Positions 1 through 10,265 of a DNA stretch of 64,000 nt are shown piece by piece. The notes under the pieces are model-generated. The model was not told the origin of the DNA and made no database searches. It was given only the letters and a program-made list of their open reading frames with translations. The stretch's first letter is position 1, and each line of letters begins with the position of its first letter. The translations under genes were made by a program, and so were the position numbers. Where the stretch lies: sequence record MW825358.1. One strand, written 5' to 3'.

Positions 1-126
1 GCAGAAGAGCAACAAGAAACGCTTTCATGGAACGAAACTCCGGCAGTAAGGTTATCTATACGATACGACGTAAATGATTACAGGCATTTGTGAATGATGT
101 GTCTATTACCGTTTACGTGAGTCGTC

Positions 127-873
127 ATGAGCAGTCACCAGCCCTCTGGGCATTTCATTGTTATCGAGGGCCCGGACGGCTCAGGCAAGACCACGCAGCT
201 CAAGCTTCTAAAGGACTGGCTGGAAAACGCCGGTCATGAGGTCGTGGTAGCCCGCGAGCCAGGCGGGACCAAGTGGGGGATGGAAATCCGCCGGATCTTC
301 CTGGAAGGTCAAGGTGAGCTAGACCCCATGGCCGAGGTCATGTTGCTGTTGGCTGCCAAGGCACAGGTATTACGCGAGGTGATCTATCCGGCCTACAACA
401 CCGGCAAGATCGTGCTCATGGATCGCTACAGCGACTCCCTGCTGGCCTACCAGGGCGGTGGTCGCCAGTTGGGACTGCGTGTCCTCCAGGACGTCCTAAG
501 GGCCGCTGAGTTGAACTTCCCTCCGACCTTGTCAATCTACATTGACACGACCCTGGAGACCTGTATGCAGCGCATCTCAATGCGCCCAGGCGCGGAGAAC
601 AACTCCATCGATGCATTAGGCACGGCCTATCATCAGCGAGTGCATCGGGTGTATCACCAACTGGCAGAAGATGCCCGACTGTGTGGTCGTCCCTACGCGG
701 TGGTCGATGGAGGTTCTTCGGCAGAGGATGTTCATCTTGATGTCCTATCGCATCTACCTAATGCATTGCACAAGCACTCTCCAGTGCGGGCTATGCAAGG
801 GCGTGGAAGCTTTGGAGGCGTCTTTCAGGTTATCGAAGAAAGTCCTGTGTGTGAGGTAGCGCTGCGTGACTGA
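127..873 (+). CDS. tmk: Thymidylate kinase
   Basis: IEGPDGSGKTT P-loop, REPGGT and DRY motifs. Confidence 0.95.
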   Translation: MSSHQPSGHFIVIEGPDGSGKTTQLKLLKDWLENAGHEVVVAREPGGTKWGMEIRRIFLEGQGELDPMAEVMLLLAAKAQVLREVIYPAYNTGKIVLMDRYSDSLLAYQGGGRQLGLRVLQDVLRAAELNFPPTLSIYIDTTLETCMQRISMRPGAENNSIDALGTAYHQRVHRVYHQLAEDARLCGRPYAVVDGGSSAEDVHLDVLSHLPNALHKHSPVRAMQGRGSFGGVFQVIEESPVCEVALRD

Positions 874-1387
874 ACTGACCAACAAACAATTGCTGACCGA
901 GCTGGAACAAAAGATGCGCCTGGGCGATAACGACCGGGACTATCTAATCAACCAGCTCATGATCCTGACGGCGGTCTTAAGTCATGTCAAAGACAAGGAC
1001 ACCGGATTAGGCCGTGCTGCGCTGGGTGGGATCCACTACTGCGTGAACCGCCTGCGTATCCTTTGGCGTGAACCCGAAGCGCCTGAGGGCAAGTCGTTAG
1101 AGGAGCTAGAAGAGATCTATGCCAAGATCGAACTGGGTCGCTTTGCGCAAAGTGAGGTCGAGCTGCGCAAGGCCGCGCTTAAGTACAAGGACGGCTATGT
1201 CTTAGTGCGCGCCCACAAGATCGAAGTCCAAGACCGGACCTTCTATCTGTTAAGTAGTGCCAAGGACCAGACCACTTCGGAGGGTAGACGCTTAACCACC
1301 GGCGAGTTGCTGGAGACAAGCGACCCTGGCGTGCCAAACTTTCAACGCGTATTGCAGGAGCTGCAGTCCGCTCACCAAGGATCTTGA
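866..1387 (+). CDS. Hypothetical protein
   Basis: 173-aa ORF overlapping the tmk stop. Confidence 0.7.
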   Translation: MTELTNKQLLTELEQKMRLGDNDRDYLINQLMILTAVLSHVKDKDTGLGRAALGGIHYCVNRLRILWREPEAPEGKSLEELEEIYAKIELGRFAQSEVELRKAALKYKDGYVLVRAHKIEVQDRTFYLLSSAKDQTTSEGRRLTTGELLETSDPGVPNFQRVLQELQSAHQGS

Positions 1388-1390
1388 TGC

Positions 1391-2293
1391 ATGAGCAGTA
1401 ATGTTGTCTGTCTCTACCACGATGATTGCTACGATGGACTCGGTGCGGCCTGGGCCTTGTTCAAACGCTTCCCAGACGCTGAGTTCATCAGTGTCCGCTA
1501 TAAGGAAGCCCCGCCTTCGTCTTTGAAAGGCAAGGTGGTGTATATCGTGGACTTTTGCTACCCCTTTGATGACTTGATGTCTATTCTGTTCCAAGAGCCA
1601 GAAGAGCTGTTCATCTTGGATCATCACAAGGGCATGGACACCACGATCCACCGCTTTAACTTGGCAGTGTGGTTGTTTGGACTGGACCCCACGCGCTTTC
1701 GCGGTCTGTTCGATGCCACCCGTTCAGGTGCGCTGATCACATGGGAGACCTTGCATCCTGACTTGCCGGTTCCGCAGATCATTCGCCATATCAGCGATCG
1801 CGACCTGTGGCGCTTTGAGCTGGACGGGACCAAGGAAGTGATGGCCGGACTGGGAAGCTACCAGATGGACCTTCAGACCTGGGACCGGCTGTTTCGCTGG
1901 ACGCCTGACTATGATCCAGAAGATTCAGGTGACCCGCATTTTGCCGCCATTGACTCGTTTGAGTCAGACGGCTATCCGATCTTGCGTAAGTTGCAGATTG
2001 ATATCGATCGGGTCAAAGCCTTGACCCAGCGGCAGATCACCTTAGGAGACTATACCGTTCCTTTGGTCAATGTCCCGCGCATGATGGCCAGTGAGGCTTT
2101 GGAACAACTGGCTCTGGGTCAGCCCTTTGCGGTGGGGTATTTTGACACGGCAGATTACCGCGAATACAGCCTGCGCTCGACCAAAGGCGTGGGAGCTGAT
2201 GTTATTGAAATCGCCAGGCTTCATGGGGGCGGTGGCCATCCAAATGCTGCTGGGTTCCGCGTTCCGCGCGATCACCCATTAGCACAACTTTAA
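1391..2293 (+). CDS. DHH/DHHA1 family phosphoesterase
   Basis: YHDDCYDG, LDHH and C-terminal GGGGHPNAAGF motifs. Confidence 0.9.
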   Translation: MSSNVVCLYHDDCYDGLGAAWALFKRFPDAEFISVRYKEAPPSSLKGKVVYIVDFCYPFDDLMSILFQEPEELFILDHHKGMDTTIHRFNLAVWLFGLDPTRFRGLFDATRSGALITWETLHPDLPVPQIIRHISDRDLWRFELDGTKEVMAGLGSYQMDLQTWDRLFRWTPDYDPEDSGDPHFAAIDSFESDGYPILRKLQIDIDRVKALTQRQITLGDYTVPLVNVPRMMASEALEQLALGQPFAVGYFDTADYREYSLRSTKGVGADVIEIARLHGGGGHPNAAGFRVPRDHPLAQL

Positions 2294-2312
2294 ATCACTA
2301 GGGGAACAACTC

Positions 2313-2939
2313 GTGTTGACCAATCTACCGCTGCTGTGGGCCAGCGTCAAAGCCTACTACGCACATCTGCTGTTGCCGTTGAGTTTCATCGTCTTTATCG
2401 CCTTGGTTCACGACTTGTTTCCCAGCTCGCCCGGATATCTTTGGGCGCTGATCCAAACGGCCATCGTGTTGGTTGCCTTCCAGTACAAGCACCTGCGTCA
2501 GCAGCGGTTGGAAGATGTCATCATCCAACTTTCAGAACAGATCGAAGTCCAGCTGACACATTTGGACAAACTGAAAAGCGACAAACGTGCGGTACTGATC
2601 AGTAACGATCAGCTCTCTAGCTGTTTGAAGCAGCTGGAAAAAGAAAGCCGAATGACCCAGCAGTACGGGCAGGTCTTGGCATTACTGCAAAAATACCCAG
2701 ACAGTCACGGCTGGCGGCTGGAGACCTTTGGCAATCCCGGTGAGATCCCTAGCCTGTTTGTCTATATCGACACACCGTGCGGACAGCTGGTATTTGACGT
2801 GGGCCTGAACTTCAGGCGTTACACTCCTCAAGAACTGCCGGAGTATGAGAAGCAGCGCTTGAACTTCTTGCCCAGTGAGAATGAGCGCATTCTTGGGGAG
2901 CTTGAAGCATTGGAGACTGCCGATGCCCTCCCCGCCTGA
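2313..2939 (+). CDS. Membrane protein with N-terminal TM segments and a coiled coil
   Basis: Hydrophobic N-terminus, GTG start, upstream of endolysin. Confidence 0.65.
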   Translation: MLTNLPLLWASVKAYYAHLLLPLSFIVFIALVHDLFPSSPGYLWALIQTAIVLVAFQYKHLRQQRLEDVIIQLSEQIEVQLTHLDKLKSDKRAVLISNDQLSSCLKQLEKESRMTQQYGQVLALLQKYPDSHGWRLETFGNPGEIPSLFVYIDTPCGQLVFDVGLNFRRYTPQELPEYEKQRLNFLPSENERILGELEALETADALPA

Positions 2940-3153
2940 AACTGATAAGGCCGACACAGAGACCAAACGGTTCTTGTGTTTGTTGGCCTGGATCTACGCC
3001 AATGCTGGCCTGGCAGTCATTGCGCACTGGCTGGGCTTTATCGTCTTGCGTGGGTTCTTTACGCTGGCCTCGGTAGGGTGCTTTATTGCCTTTGCGTTCA
3101 TGCTTGAGTATTTGGACGGACAAATGTCCAAAGAGCTACCGCCTGAAGAATGA
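2923..3153 (+). CDS. Small two-TM membrane protein, holin candidate
   Basis: GGAGA RBS; two hydrophobic segments with charged termini; directly upstream of endolysin. Confidence 0.5.
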   Translation: MPSPPETDKADTETKRFLCLLAWIYANAGLAVIAHWLGFIVLRGFFTLASVGCFIAFAFMLEYLDGQMSKELPPEE

Positions 3154-3160
3154 GCTAACC

Positions 3161-3187
3161 GCCCCTCCCGAAAGGGAGGGGCTTATG
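3161..3187. terminator. GC-rich hairpin followed by TTATG (member of dispersed family)
   Basis: GCCCCTCCC-GAAA-GGGAGGGGC-TTATG. Confidence 0.7.
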
Positions 3188-3229
3188 GGGCCATCCTATG
3201 TGTGTATTATTTTACGTAGGAGAACCCCC

Positions 3230-4045
3230 ATGTTGCTCAAACTGAACGATCGCGGTGATGCGGTCAAAGATATCCAGGCCAAACTCGGTCTGACAGCAGA
3301 CGGGTTCTTTGGCCCGAAAACTGAGGCAGCCGTCAAAGCCTTCCAGCAGAAGAATGGACTGGGCGCTGATGGTATCGTCGGTCCGGCCACGCTGACCAAG
3401 TTGGGTCTGCAAGAAGAGAAGGTTGTCTCGGCCCGCACGTTGACCAAGGAAGATTACGTCTACGGCGGTGAGTTTTTGAAGTGCCATCCGGGTATGGTCC
3501 ATGCTCTGGCCATGAAGGAAACCAATGGCGCGGCGTTCTTGTCTGATGGTCGTACCAAGATCTTGTTTGAACGTCACCAGTTCTACAAGCGCTTTCCGAT
3601 TGTGCGCAAGCCCGGTCAAACCCAGGCAGGTCTGTTGGCCGAACGCAACACCATTGCTGCTGCCAATCCTGATATCTGTAACGCCACCCGTGGCGGCTAT
3701 AAGGGCGGGGCGGCCGAGTATGACCGACTGGCACGTGCCCAGAAGTTCTCAGACACGGCGGCTTTGGAATCGGCCAGCTGGGGACAGTTCCAGGTCATGG
3801 GGTTTAATGCCGTTCCGATCGGCTACCCCACCGTCCAAGAATTTGCCCGACTGATGCAGCAGGGTGTGGACCAGCACTTGATTGCCCTGTGCCGTTTCAT
3901 CCAGGCCACCCCGAAGGCCCTAAAGGGCATTCGGACGCAAGACTTTGCGATGCTGGCAGGAGCCTATAACGGTCCGGCCTATCATGAGAACAAGTACGAC
4001 ACGGATCTGAAGAAGTACTTTGATCAGGTCAAGGGTCAGTACTAA
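3230..4045 (+). CDS. Modular endolysin: peptidoglycan-binding domain + N-acetylmuramidase (DUF3380-like)
   Basis: DGFFGPKT and DGIVGPAT PG-binding repeats; ILFERH and SWGQFQVMGFN catalytic motifs; AGGAG RBS before ATG 3230. Confidence 0.92.
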   Translation: MLLKLNDRGDAVKDIQAKLGLTADGFFGPKTEAAVKAFQQKNGLGADGIVGPATLTKLGLQEEKVVSARTLTKEDYVYGGEFLKCHPGMVHALAMKETNGAAFLSDGRTKILFERHQFYKRFPIVRKPGQTQAGLLAERNTIAAANPDICNATRGGYKGGAAEYDRLARAQKFSDTAALESASWGQFQVMGFNAVPIGYPTVQEFARLMQQGVDQHLIALCRFIQATPKALKGIRTQDFAMLAGAYNGPAYHENKYDTDLKKYFDQVKGQY

Positions 4046-4047
4046 GC

Positions 4048-4086
4048 GCATAAATGGCCCCTCCCGTTTTGGGAGGGGCTGTATGC
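4048..4086. terminator. GCATA..hairpin..TATGC element
   Basis: GCATA-aatg-GCCCCTCCC-GTTTT-GGGAGGGGC-tg-TATGC after endolysin stop. Confidence 0.7.
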
Positions 4087-4158
4087 TGGCCACGCGTAAT
4101 TTTCGACGTCAGCGAACCATTTATTGTTACCCTCATCTTGCCTTCGGAATTTTGCGCC

Positions 4159-4497
4159 ATGAACACCCTTGCCCCTGCTACGTCAAAACCGGAAGGACCC
4201 GATCCGACGGACCTGATGAGCTACTTGCAAAAAGCATACGCCCAGATGGAAAAGACACCACACCTTCCGGTTTCCAGTGAAGGTACGCTGTTGCGTCTAC
4301 CGGTGGTGGAGGCTGTTTTCATCAAAGCACCTAGCGAGTGGCCCTGGGAGAAACAACTCACCGCCAACGTCGTAGAGCGCAGCTTACTGGCCAAACCTGA
4401 ACTGCGCCATCTGTCTGTTTTGCCCTACGGGTGTATGTGGTACAAGATGGGCTGGCGCACTGTCAGTATGCCGTCTCCTGCCCCTGGGGCGCAATAA
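4159..4497 (+). CDS. Hypothetical protein
   Basis: ORF whose stop overlaps the next start. Confidence 0.6.
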   Translation: MNTLAPATSKPEGPDPTDLMSYLQKAYAQMEKTPHLPVSSEGTLLRLPVVEAVFIKAPSEWPWEKQLTANVVERSLLAKPELRHLSVLPYGCMWYKMGWRTVSMPSPAPGAQ

Positions 4498-5108
4498 TGA
4501 GTACCGGTCGTTGGTGGTCACACCGCGGCCGGCGCTTTATGGCCGGTATTGGTACACGCGAACCTCCTACCGAATTAATCCCGATGATTCAAGACATCGG
4601 AGAATGCCTCTGTGATGATCTGGTGGCCATCACCAGTGGCGATGCACAAGGATGCGATGAACACTTCGTGGCAGGCGCTATGCGCTCTTCTAAGTGGCCT
4701 TCTATCGGGGCACGCGTCTTCCTGCCTTGGAATGGGACCAAGCGTCACGATGACACTCGTCGCTATGAAGACGGGAAGATCTACTTTGATGCTTCTAAGT
4801 TTGAGAACTGGCAAGAAGCCCACGATCTTGCCTTGGCCGCACGCGGGAGTTGGGAAGGACTCGGTCGTGGCGGTATTGCCCTGCAAAGCCGTAACCCCTA
4901 TCAGGTACTTTTAGACGACCTGCGCTCACCCGTAGGTGGGGTGGTGTGCTATGCAAAACCCATTGGCAAGAAGGGTAACGTAAAAGGCGGCACTAACACC
5001 GCGGTGCGTCTTGCCCTGGACAGGAACATCGAAGTCATTAATTTGGCCACCGATGAAGGCATGGAGCGGGCCTTGAAGTACTTACGCAAACACAATAAGC
5101 CTTACTAA
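4497..5108 (+). CDS. SLOG-superfamily (DprA/YspA-like) protein
   Basis: AGIGTRE, SGDAQGCD and GGTNTAV motifs. Confidence 0.75.
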   Translation: MSTGRWWSHRGRRFMAGIGTREPPTELIPMIQDIGECLCDDLVAITSGDAQGCDEHFVAGAMRSSKWPSIGARVFLPWNGTKRHDDTRRYEDGKIYFDASKFENWQEAHDLALAARGSWEGLGRGGIALQSRNPYQVLLDDLRSPVGGVVCYAKPIGKKGNVKGGTNTAVRLALDRNIEVINLATDEGMERALKYLRKHNKPY

Positions 5109-5122
5109 GAAGGAGAGGGGTC

Positions 5123-5455
5123 ATGTCTGAAGTCGTCAACTGGGGACAGCTGGGACTGCGCGATCGCTACATCGATCTGCTGGCACGACAGTTAATTGCC
5201 AGCTGGGTGCTGGCAGTGTTCTTTGGTATTGGGGTGATAGGGTTTGTACTGTGGGTTTTCTATCGACCCACTCCGGCCATCTTCGTGTGTCTTGCTATTT
5301 TCGCCATCGGTGTGGTGACAGGCGGCTGGACCTTATCTGTCATCAACCGACATTTGCGTGCCATCGAGGTCTACCTCAATTTCTACGAACGCCGCCATGC
5401 GGTACGTCACCAAGTGTTCTGCCAGAAATGGTGGCACTGCTTTGGGACCCACTGA
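5123..5455 (+). CDS. Two-TM membrane protein
   Basis: Hydrophobic segments; GGAG RBS. Confidence 0.65.
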   Translation: MSEVVNWGQLGLRDRYIDLLARQLIASWVLAVFFGIGVIGFVLWVFYRPTPAIFVCLAIFAIGVVTGGWTLSVINRHLRAIEVYLNFYERRHAVRHQVFCQKWWHCFGTH

Positions 5456-5471
5456 CCTATCGTGATTGGCC

Positions 5472-5651
5472 ATGATCTTCACTGACGAACAAATGCTCAC
5501 CACCACGTTAGTGGAGCGCTTGGCGCTATACCCCTATCCGCATCATCCGCAGTCGATCAAGCTGATGGCTTGTGTCAATCCACGCGATCCTGTCGTGCTG
5601 ATGTTCCTGAGCGGTGAGCCTGTCTCTACACCCCTACCCCAGGTCGCCTGA
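5472..5651 (+). CDS. Small hypothetical protein
   Basis: 59-codon ORF in gene run. Confidence 0.45.
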   Translation: MIFTDEQMLTTTLVERLALYPYPHHPQSIKLMACVNPRDPVVLMFLSGEPVSTPLPQVA

Positions 5652-5716
5652 TACCAATTGGTGCCTGTCTCCGTCCATGTTGCCATGCGCGACTAATTAC
5701 TAAACCACCAACACAC

Positions 5717-6889
5717 ATGAAAGAATACCTCGATTTACTACGCGATGTCCGCACCAACGGAAAGTACAAGCTCGACCGCACGGGCGTGGGCTGCTATTCG
5801 GTCTTCGGTCGTCAGATTCGCTTTGACCTGTCCAAGGGCCTGCCGGCGGTAACCACCAAGAAGCTGTTCTTCCGTGGCATCACTGAAGAGCTGCTGTGGA
5901 TCATCGCAGGCTCCACCAACAACGAAGACCTGGTCACCAAGAACGTCCATATCTGGGACGAATGGGCGCTGAAGGAAGACGAAACTGAGGCAGTGCGGCT
6001 CGATGACCAAGAACGCTTGGAGCTTTACGCCAAGCACTTGGGTTTGTCCACAGCTCGTGTGGCCGGCGAGCATCTCACTGGACTTTATCAGCAAGTGCGC
6101 GATCATTCCAAGTACTACGACATGTCCGCTGCGGAAAAGCATGGGCATGCGGTAATGGATGAGGCAGGGATTCCTCGCGAAAAGTCAGTGGTGGTACGAC
6201 CTAAGGGTGACCTCGGTCCGATCTACGGCAAGCAGTGGCGTGCCTGGGAAGGTAAGTCAGGCAAGGTCTATGACCAGCTGGCTGATGCCATTGCGCTGCT
6301 GAAGAAAGACCCGGCCTCGCGTCGCAACGTGATCTCGGCCTGGAACGTGGACGATCTGGCGCAGATGTCGCTCAACCCCTGCCATTCGTTCTTCCAGTTC
6401 TATGCTGAAGAGTTGACCTACGAAGAACGCCGGATGTTGGTCGTGGATAACTACGAGAAATGGGATATCTTTTTCGGGATTGCCTTCGATGATGACGACC
6501 GTTCTGGTCCAGAATTCAAGGACGAACACATCGAGTGGATGGATGAACATGGTGTTCCCAAGCACCGTCTGTCTTGCCAGCTCTATCAGCGCAGCGCGGA
6601 TATCTTCCTGGGCGTGCCCTTCAACATCACCAGCTATGCCATGCTGACCTACATGGTGGCACAGGTCGTGGGGATGGCGCCAGGTGAGTTCGTGCACACC
6701 TTCGGCGATCTGCACATCTATGCCAACCATCTGAAGCAGGTCGATCTGCAGTTGACCCGCGAACCGCTGCCGCTGCCCACTCTGCTGCTCAATCCTGCAA
6801 TCCAGAACATCGATGACTTCAAGATGGAAGACATCAAGATTGTGGGCTACCAGAGCCACGGAAAGATCGAGGGCGAGGTTGCCGTATAA
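5717..6889 (+). CDS. thyA: Thymidylate synthase with two in-frame insertions
   Basis: [50 protein letters not shown]. Confidence 0.97.
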   Translation: MKEYLDLLRDVRTNGKYKLDRTGVGCYSVFGRQIRFDLSKGLPAVTTKKLFFRGITEELLWIIAGSTNNEDLVTKNVHIWDEWALKEDETEAVRLDDQERLELYAKHLGLSTARVAGEHLTGLYQQVRDHSKYYDMSAAEKHGHAVMDEAGIPREKSVVVRPKGDLGPIYGKQWRAWEGKSGKVYDQLADAIALLKKDPASRRNVISAWNVDDLAQMSLNPCHSFFQFYAEELTYEERRMLVVDNYEKWDIFFGIAFDDDDRSGPEFKDEHIEWMDEHGVPKHRLSCQLYQRSADIFLGVPFNITSYAMLTYMVAQVVGMAPGEFVHTFGDLHIYANHLKQVDLQLTREPLPLPTLLLNPAIQNIDDFKMEDIKIVGYQSHGKIEGEVAV

Positions 6890-6932
6890 GAGTGCGATTA
6901 CCTTGGGTACTCTCACATAAGGAAAAATTCTC

Positions 6933-7076
6933 ATGCTGTTCTTAGCAGGTATTATCGCCGCGGCATTGTTGATCTGTGGACTTCTCTCGGCACAACTTGA
7001 TTGTGTTCCACCAGGGATTGACACAGACCCACCTGACACAGACAAGATGCCAGTCGGCGGTAAACGCGGCTGGTAA
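6933..7076 (+). CDS. Small membrane protein (47 aa)
   Basis: AAGGA RBS; MLFLAGIIAAALLICGLLS hydrophobic N-terminus. Confidence 0.55.
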   Translation: MLFLAGIIAAALLICGLLSAQLDCVPPGIDTDPPDTDKMPVGGKRGW

Positions 7077-7084
7077 AGGATACC

Positions 7085-7948
7085 ATGGACACCATTGAAA
7101 CAAATGCTCTGTTGATAGCCCATCGTCAAGTACACCATGCGCTTTTGGAAACAGAGTATCATCACGGTACTTCGCCTTCTGGCTACATTCGAGAGTACCT
7201 TGATGTCATCGAAGGCCTTAAGACAAACGATGTCGCAGAGATCCCGCTTCCGTTACCGCGATCCATCCATAGGTCATTGCCCAAACACCTGCTTGAGTTG
7301 TTCATCATGTTCTACCGCCGCGGCCTGAAGGCCGAGGTGGTGTGTGATTACAAACGACCTTCGGATCGTGATGATGAACAACACAGTCTCAACCTTTTTA
7401 TCCGCGTGGAGCGAGACGAGAGTCTCCAACCTACCTACTGGGCCTATGGTCTTGATGATGGCCTGACCGTGCTCAAGAAAATCGACCATGGGAGTGAGCA
7501 CGTGGAGGACTACGAGGCACTGTGGTTGTTGATTGACCGGTTCGGTAACAAGTTGGATGACATCATGGCCACATACGAGCTGGTGAGAGATTTGTCTGAA
7601 GGCGCGTTATTTTGCTCTTACAACGAGGACGACATCCGGCAGATGTGGTTGGACGGTACGTTGAACGAGTATATCAAGAATCTAGATCATTTGGAACTGG
7701 AGCGCTTTAAAAGTCAGCTTGGGTCAAACTTCTGCGAGGACGGCGATTACGAGGCTTTACTCACAAAGCGCATTGCTACAATCAACGGCTGGCCAACCCA
7801 GTGGTCCTATGGTCCTAACGACCTGGATCCACTGACCATCCCGGAGCGATTGAAGGTACTTCCTCTTTTGTTGGAAACCCAAGGCAGCCTGGAGAGAGCT
7901 TTAAACCAGTACTGCGATCTTAAGGCCGAGTTAGAAAAACGGTTGTAG
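7085..7948 (+). CDS. Hypothetical protein
   Basis: 287-aa ORF with AAGGA RBS. Confidence 0.75.
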   Translation: MDTIETNALLIAHRQVHHALLETEYHHGTSPSGYIREYLDVIEGLKTNDVAEIPLPLPRSIHRSLPKHLLELFIMFYRRGLKAEVVCDYKRPSDRDDEQHSLNLFIRVERDESLQPTYWAYGLDDGLTVLKKIDHGSEHVEDYEALWLLIDRFGNKLDDIMATYELVRDLSEGALFCSYNEDDIRQMWLDGTLNEYIKNLDHLELERFKSQLGSNFCEDGDYEALLTKRIATINGWPTQWSYGPNDLDPLTIPERLKVLPLLLETQGSLERALNQYCDLKAELEKRL

Positions 7949-8008
7949 AGGATTTAAGGAGACGCCGTCACTCCCCCTTGGCGGTATTTGCAATCACAGG
8001 AATCCACA

Positions 8009-8593
8009 ATGGAAACCACAGAACGCATGCTGCACCCAAGCTATAGTGCCAAACGGACCTACCAACAAATCGTCGATGAGTCGGTGAAGGTGGTGGACTA
8101 TGTTGCCATGTTTGAGATGATGCTCAAGCATCGTGAGATGCATCAGCGTTGGTTAGAGAATCACAGTGACGCTCAAACCAATATCACTCAACTACTGGAC
8201 TTCAATTTTTACCAGATCACCGGTCCTCGGCAAACGGGTAAGACCTTGGCCATCCAGGCTATGGCTACCGAACCGACGGACCTGGTCTTTGTGTTGGATG
8301 AATACCGCAGGGCGAACTTCAGACACCGCACGCCGAATCCTGAGAGCCCTGCGCTGGTGGTAGGGACTCATCTGGGTTTGAAAAACGAGATGCGGAGTAA
8401 CTTTGAAAGAATCTCCGCCTTACGCCTTGAAGGCAAGCTACACACCCACTGTATCCCTGAAGGATTCATCCCCAAGCGCATCTTCGTAGATGATGCCACG
8501 CTGACCTTTGAATCCTACTACGATCCTCGCACGATCTTCCGCTGGGCCCGTGCACGCTTTCAGCACGACCCGATCATCATTGCCGTAGGTTAG
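8009..8593 (+). CDS. P-loop-containing protein
   Basis: GPRQTGKT Walker A; IFVDD Walker-B-like. Confidence 0.7.
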   Translation: METTERMLHPSYSAKRTYQQIVDESVKVVDYVAMFEMMLKHREMHQRWLENHSDAQTNITQLLDFNFYQITGPRQTGKTLAIQAMATEPTDLVFVLDEYRRANFRHRTPNPESPALVVGTHLGLKNEMRSNFERISALRLEGKLHTHCIPEGFIPKRIFVDDATLTFESYYDPRTIFRWARARFQHDPIIIAVG

Positions 8594-8595
8594 AT

Positions 8596-8919
8596 ATGCA
8601 CTATCAACGCCTGAAAGACTTTCTCTACAACCTGCGCTTTTACGAAGCCACCCATGCACTGTTGGTCACGGTCTACCTCCTCGCAGCCGTAGGGGTCATT
8701 GCCCAAATACTCTATTTGATCAAAACACCACCAACGCCGCTGTGGTTGAACATCATTTGGGGTCTATCGATCTTCGGTCAAATGTTCCTCCTAAGATGCC
8801 TGGGTGAAATGGGAACTCGCTGGCGTATCTATTTAGACGCCTACGCAAATGGCACGATTAAGCCCCAATACGCCCCGCGTGGTAAAGGGGTACCTGTAAA
8901 GGAAAGTATTTCCTGGTAA
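8596..8919 (+). CDS. Two-TM membrane protein
   Basis: Hydrophobic segments; tight coupling to previous gene. Confidence 0.6.
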   Translation: MHYQRLKDFLYNLRFYEATHALLVTVYLLAAVGVIAQILYLIKTPPTPLWLNIIWGLSIFGQMFLLRCLGEMGTRWRIYLDAYANGTIKPQYAPRGKGVPVKESISW

Positions 8920-9002
8920 ATTCCCCGACCTAGTTATTCCTGCTGTCCAGATTCAAACCTGGACAGCAGTTGTTTCAACCCTACCTCCTAAAGGAGAGAC
9001 CC

Positions 9003-10145
9003 GTGTCAACTTCGAAAATAGCAATCCTTACTGCCCAGATCGCAGGCCCGAATCAAAACAACCCTACCCCACACATTCGCTATATTCGGTGGGAGGGTGC
9101 CGATAAAAGATCGACCGCGTTGTTGCGGTATAGCAACAAGTTACCAGATCATTTCCTGATGGGACTCACCGTCAGAGCCAGCATGCGACAACTGCGCGTT
9201 CCCACGCAGGTAGAGCGCTTGCAGGACAATGGTTGGTCGATCAAGGCCCAAAACACGGCCGTACGTATGGACCAAGAACTCCATCTGATCCATCTGGGTG
9301 ATTTTGGCGAATACGCTTGTTACGTTTTACATGCTGCAGATATGCGTCAGACCCCGCACTATCTGTCAGTACGTGAAATGCCGACTTATGGGAAAAGTAT
9401 CGGGGCGGTGGAAGTTGAGCAGGCTACTCCCAAGATCACCGACCAAGGTATCGATACACCTGAAGACTTGGCCTTTGCCACTGAAATGTTCCAGGCATTT
9501 GACACCTGGGTGACCAGTTACCTGCAGCCCTATGTCAAGCAGTATACTGAATCGAAGTTCCAGTCAAGGCCGCCTTTGGCGCCACGCTCGAAAGACCTTT
9601 CGGCTTACTCGCTTGATGTGCGTCAGTTAACCTTCGCCTTGAAGTACTTAAGGCACAGTTTTCCAGACTCAGGTCACCTGGGCTTGTTGGAAGGACTGTT
9701 GAACAACATGCGCGCACAAGACGATCATCACTGTGTCACCTCTCCCATCGAAAGCTATAAGACTAAAGCAGAGTGGATGCGGGCACATCGCACCGTAGTG
9801 CTGCACTTAGGTCGGCAGTCTGGGATATCGTTGTTTGCCCAGATGATGGCCCATTCGAAAACCCTGGTGCTGGCATATGACACCGAGCCCAAGTATATTC
9901 AGTTTTTCAACGGCCCACCTATCGGACCCTACCCCATGGACCCGCGGGTGTATGCAGGACGAGACCAGGCCACGTTCACCTACGACTTTGCCTCGTTTAT
10001 CTTGGAGCTGATCACCAAGCAGTATTCCAGCGTGATTCTCTACAACACCAACAGTTTGACTGAGTTCGAATCGCCCCAACGGGTGATCCAATCGATCTAT
10101 GAGAATTTAAGCGGCGATCTGCCGCGTCTGATCGTATTGAACTAA
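9003..10145 (+). CDS. Hypothetical protein with degenerate C-terminal P-loop
   Basis: AAGGAG RBS before GTG 9003; HLGRQSGIS. Confidence 0.7.
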   Translation: MSTSKIAILTAQIAGPNQNNPTPHIRYIRWEGADKRSTALLRYSNKLPDHFLMGLTVRASMRQLRVPTQVERLQDNGWSIKAQNTAVRMDQELHLIHLGDFGEYACYVLHAADMRQTPHYLSVREMPTYGKSIGAVEVEQATPKITDQGIDTPEDLAFATEMFQAFDTWVTSYLQPYVKQYTESKFQSRPPLAPRSKDLSAYSLDVRQLTFALKYLRHSFPDSGHLGLLEGLLNNMRAQDDHHCVTSPIESYKTKAEWMRAHRTVVLHLGRQSGISLFAQMMAHSKTLVLAYDTEPKYIQFFNGPPIGPYPMDPRVYAGRDQATFTYDFASFILELITKQYSSVILYNTNSLTEFESPQRVIQSIYENLSGDLPRLIVLN

Positions 10146-10265
10146 CCCAATCAACATTTTTACAACCATGTACTATCTGAGTGTACCCGCGTGCACTCAA
10201 AACGTCATACGTCCTGTGGGTGGTACGCCGCCCTCAGGTTCTTTTGTCCTTTCCAAAGAAACCCA

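Noticed and set aside
5990-6570. Intron or intein in thyA
   Set aside because: Insertions are short, in frame, and lack Cys/Ser...His-Asn termini or group I core elements.
6257-7165. Long antisense or alternate-frame ORFs (also 10197..11144, 25845..26627, 31556..32230, 34327..35166, 48051..48848)
   Set aside because: Shadow frames of well-supported genes, with no RBS or motifs.
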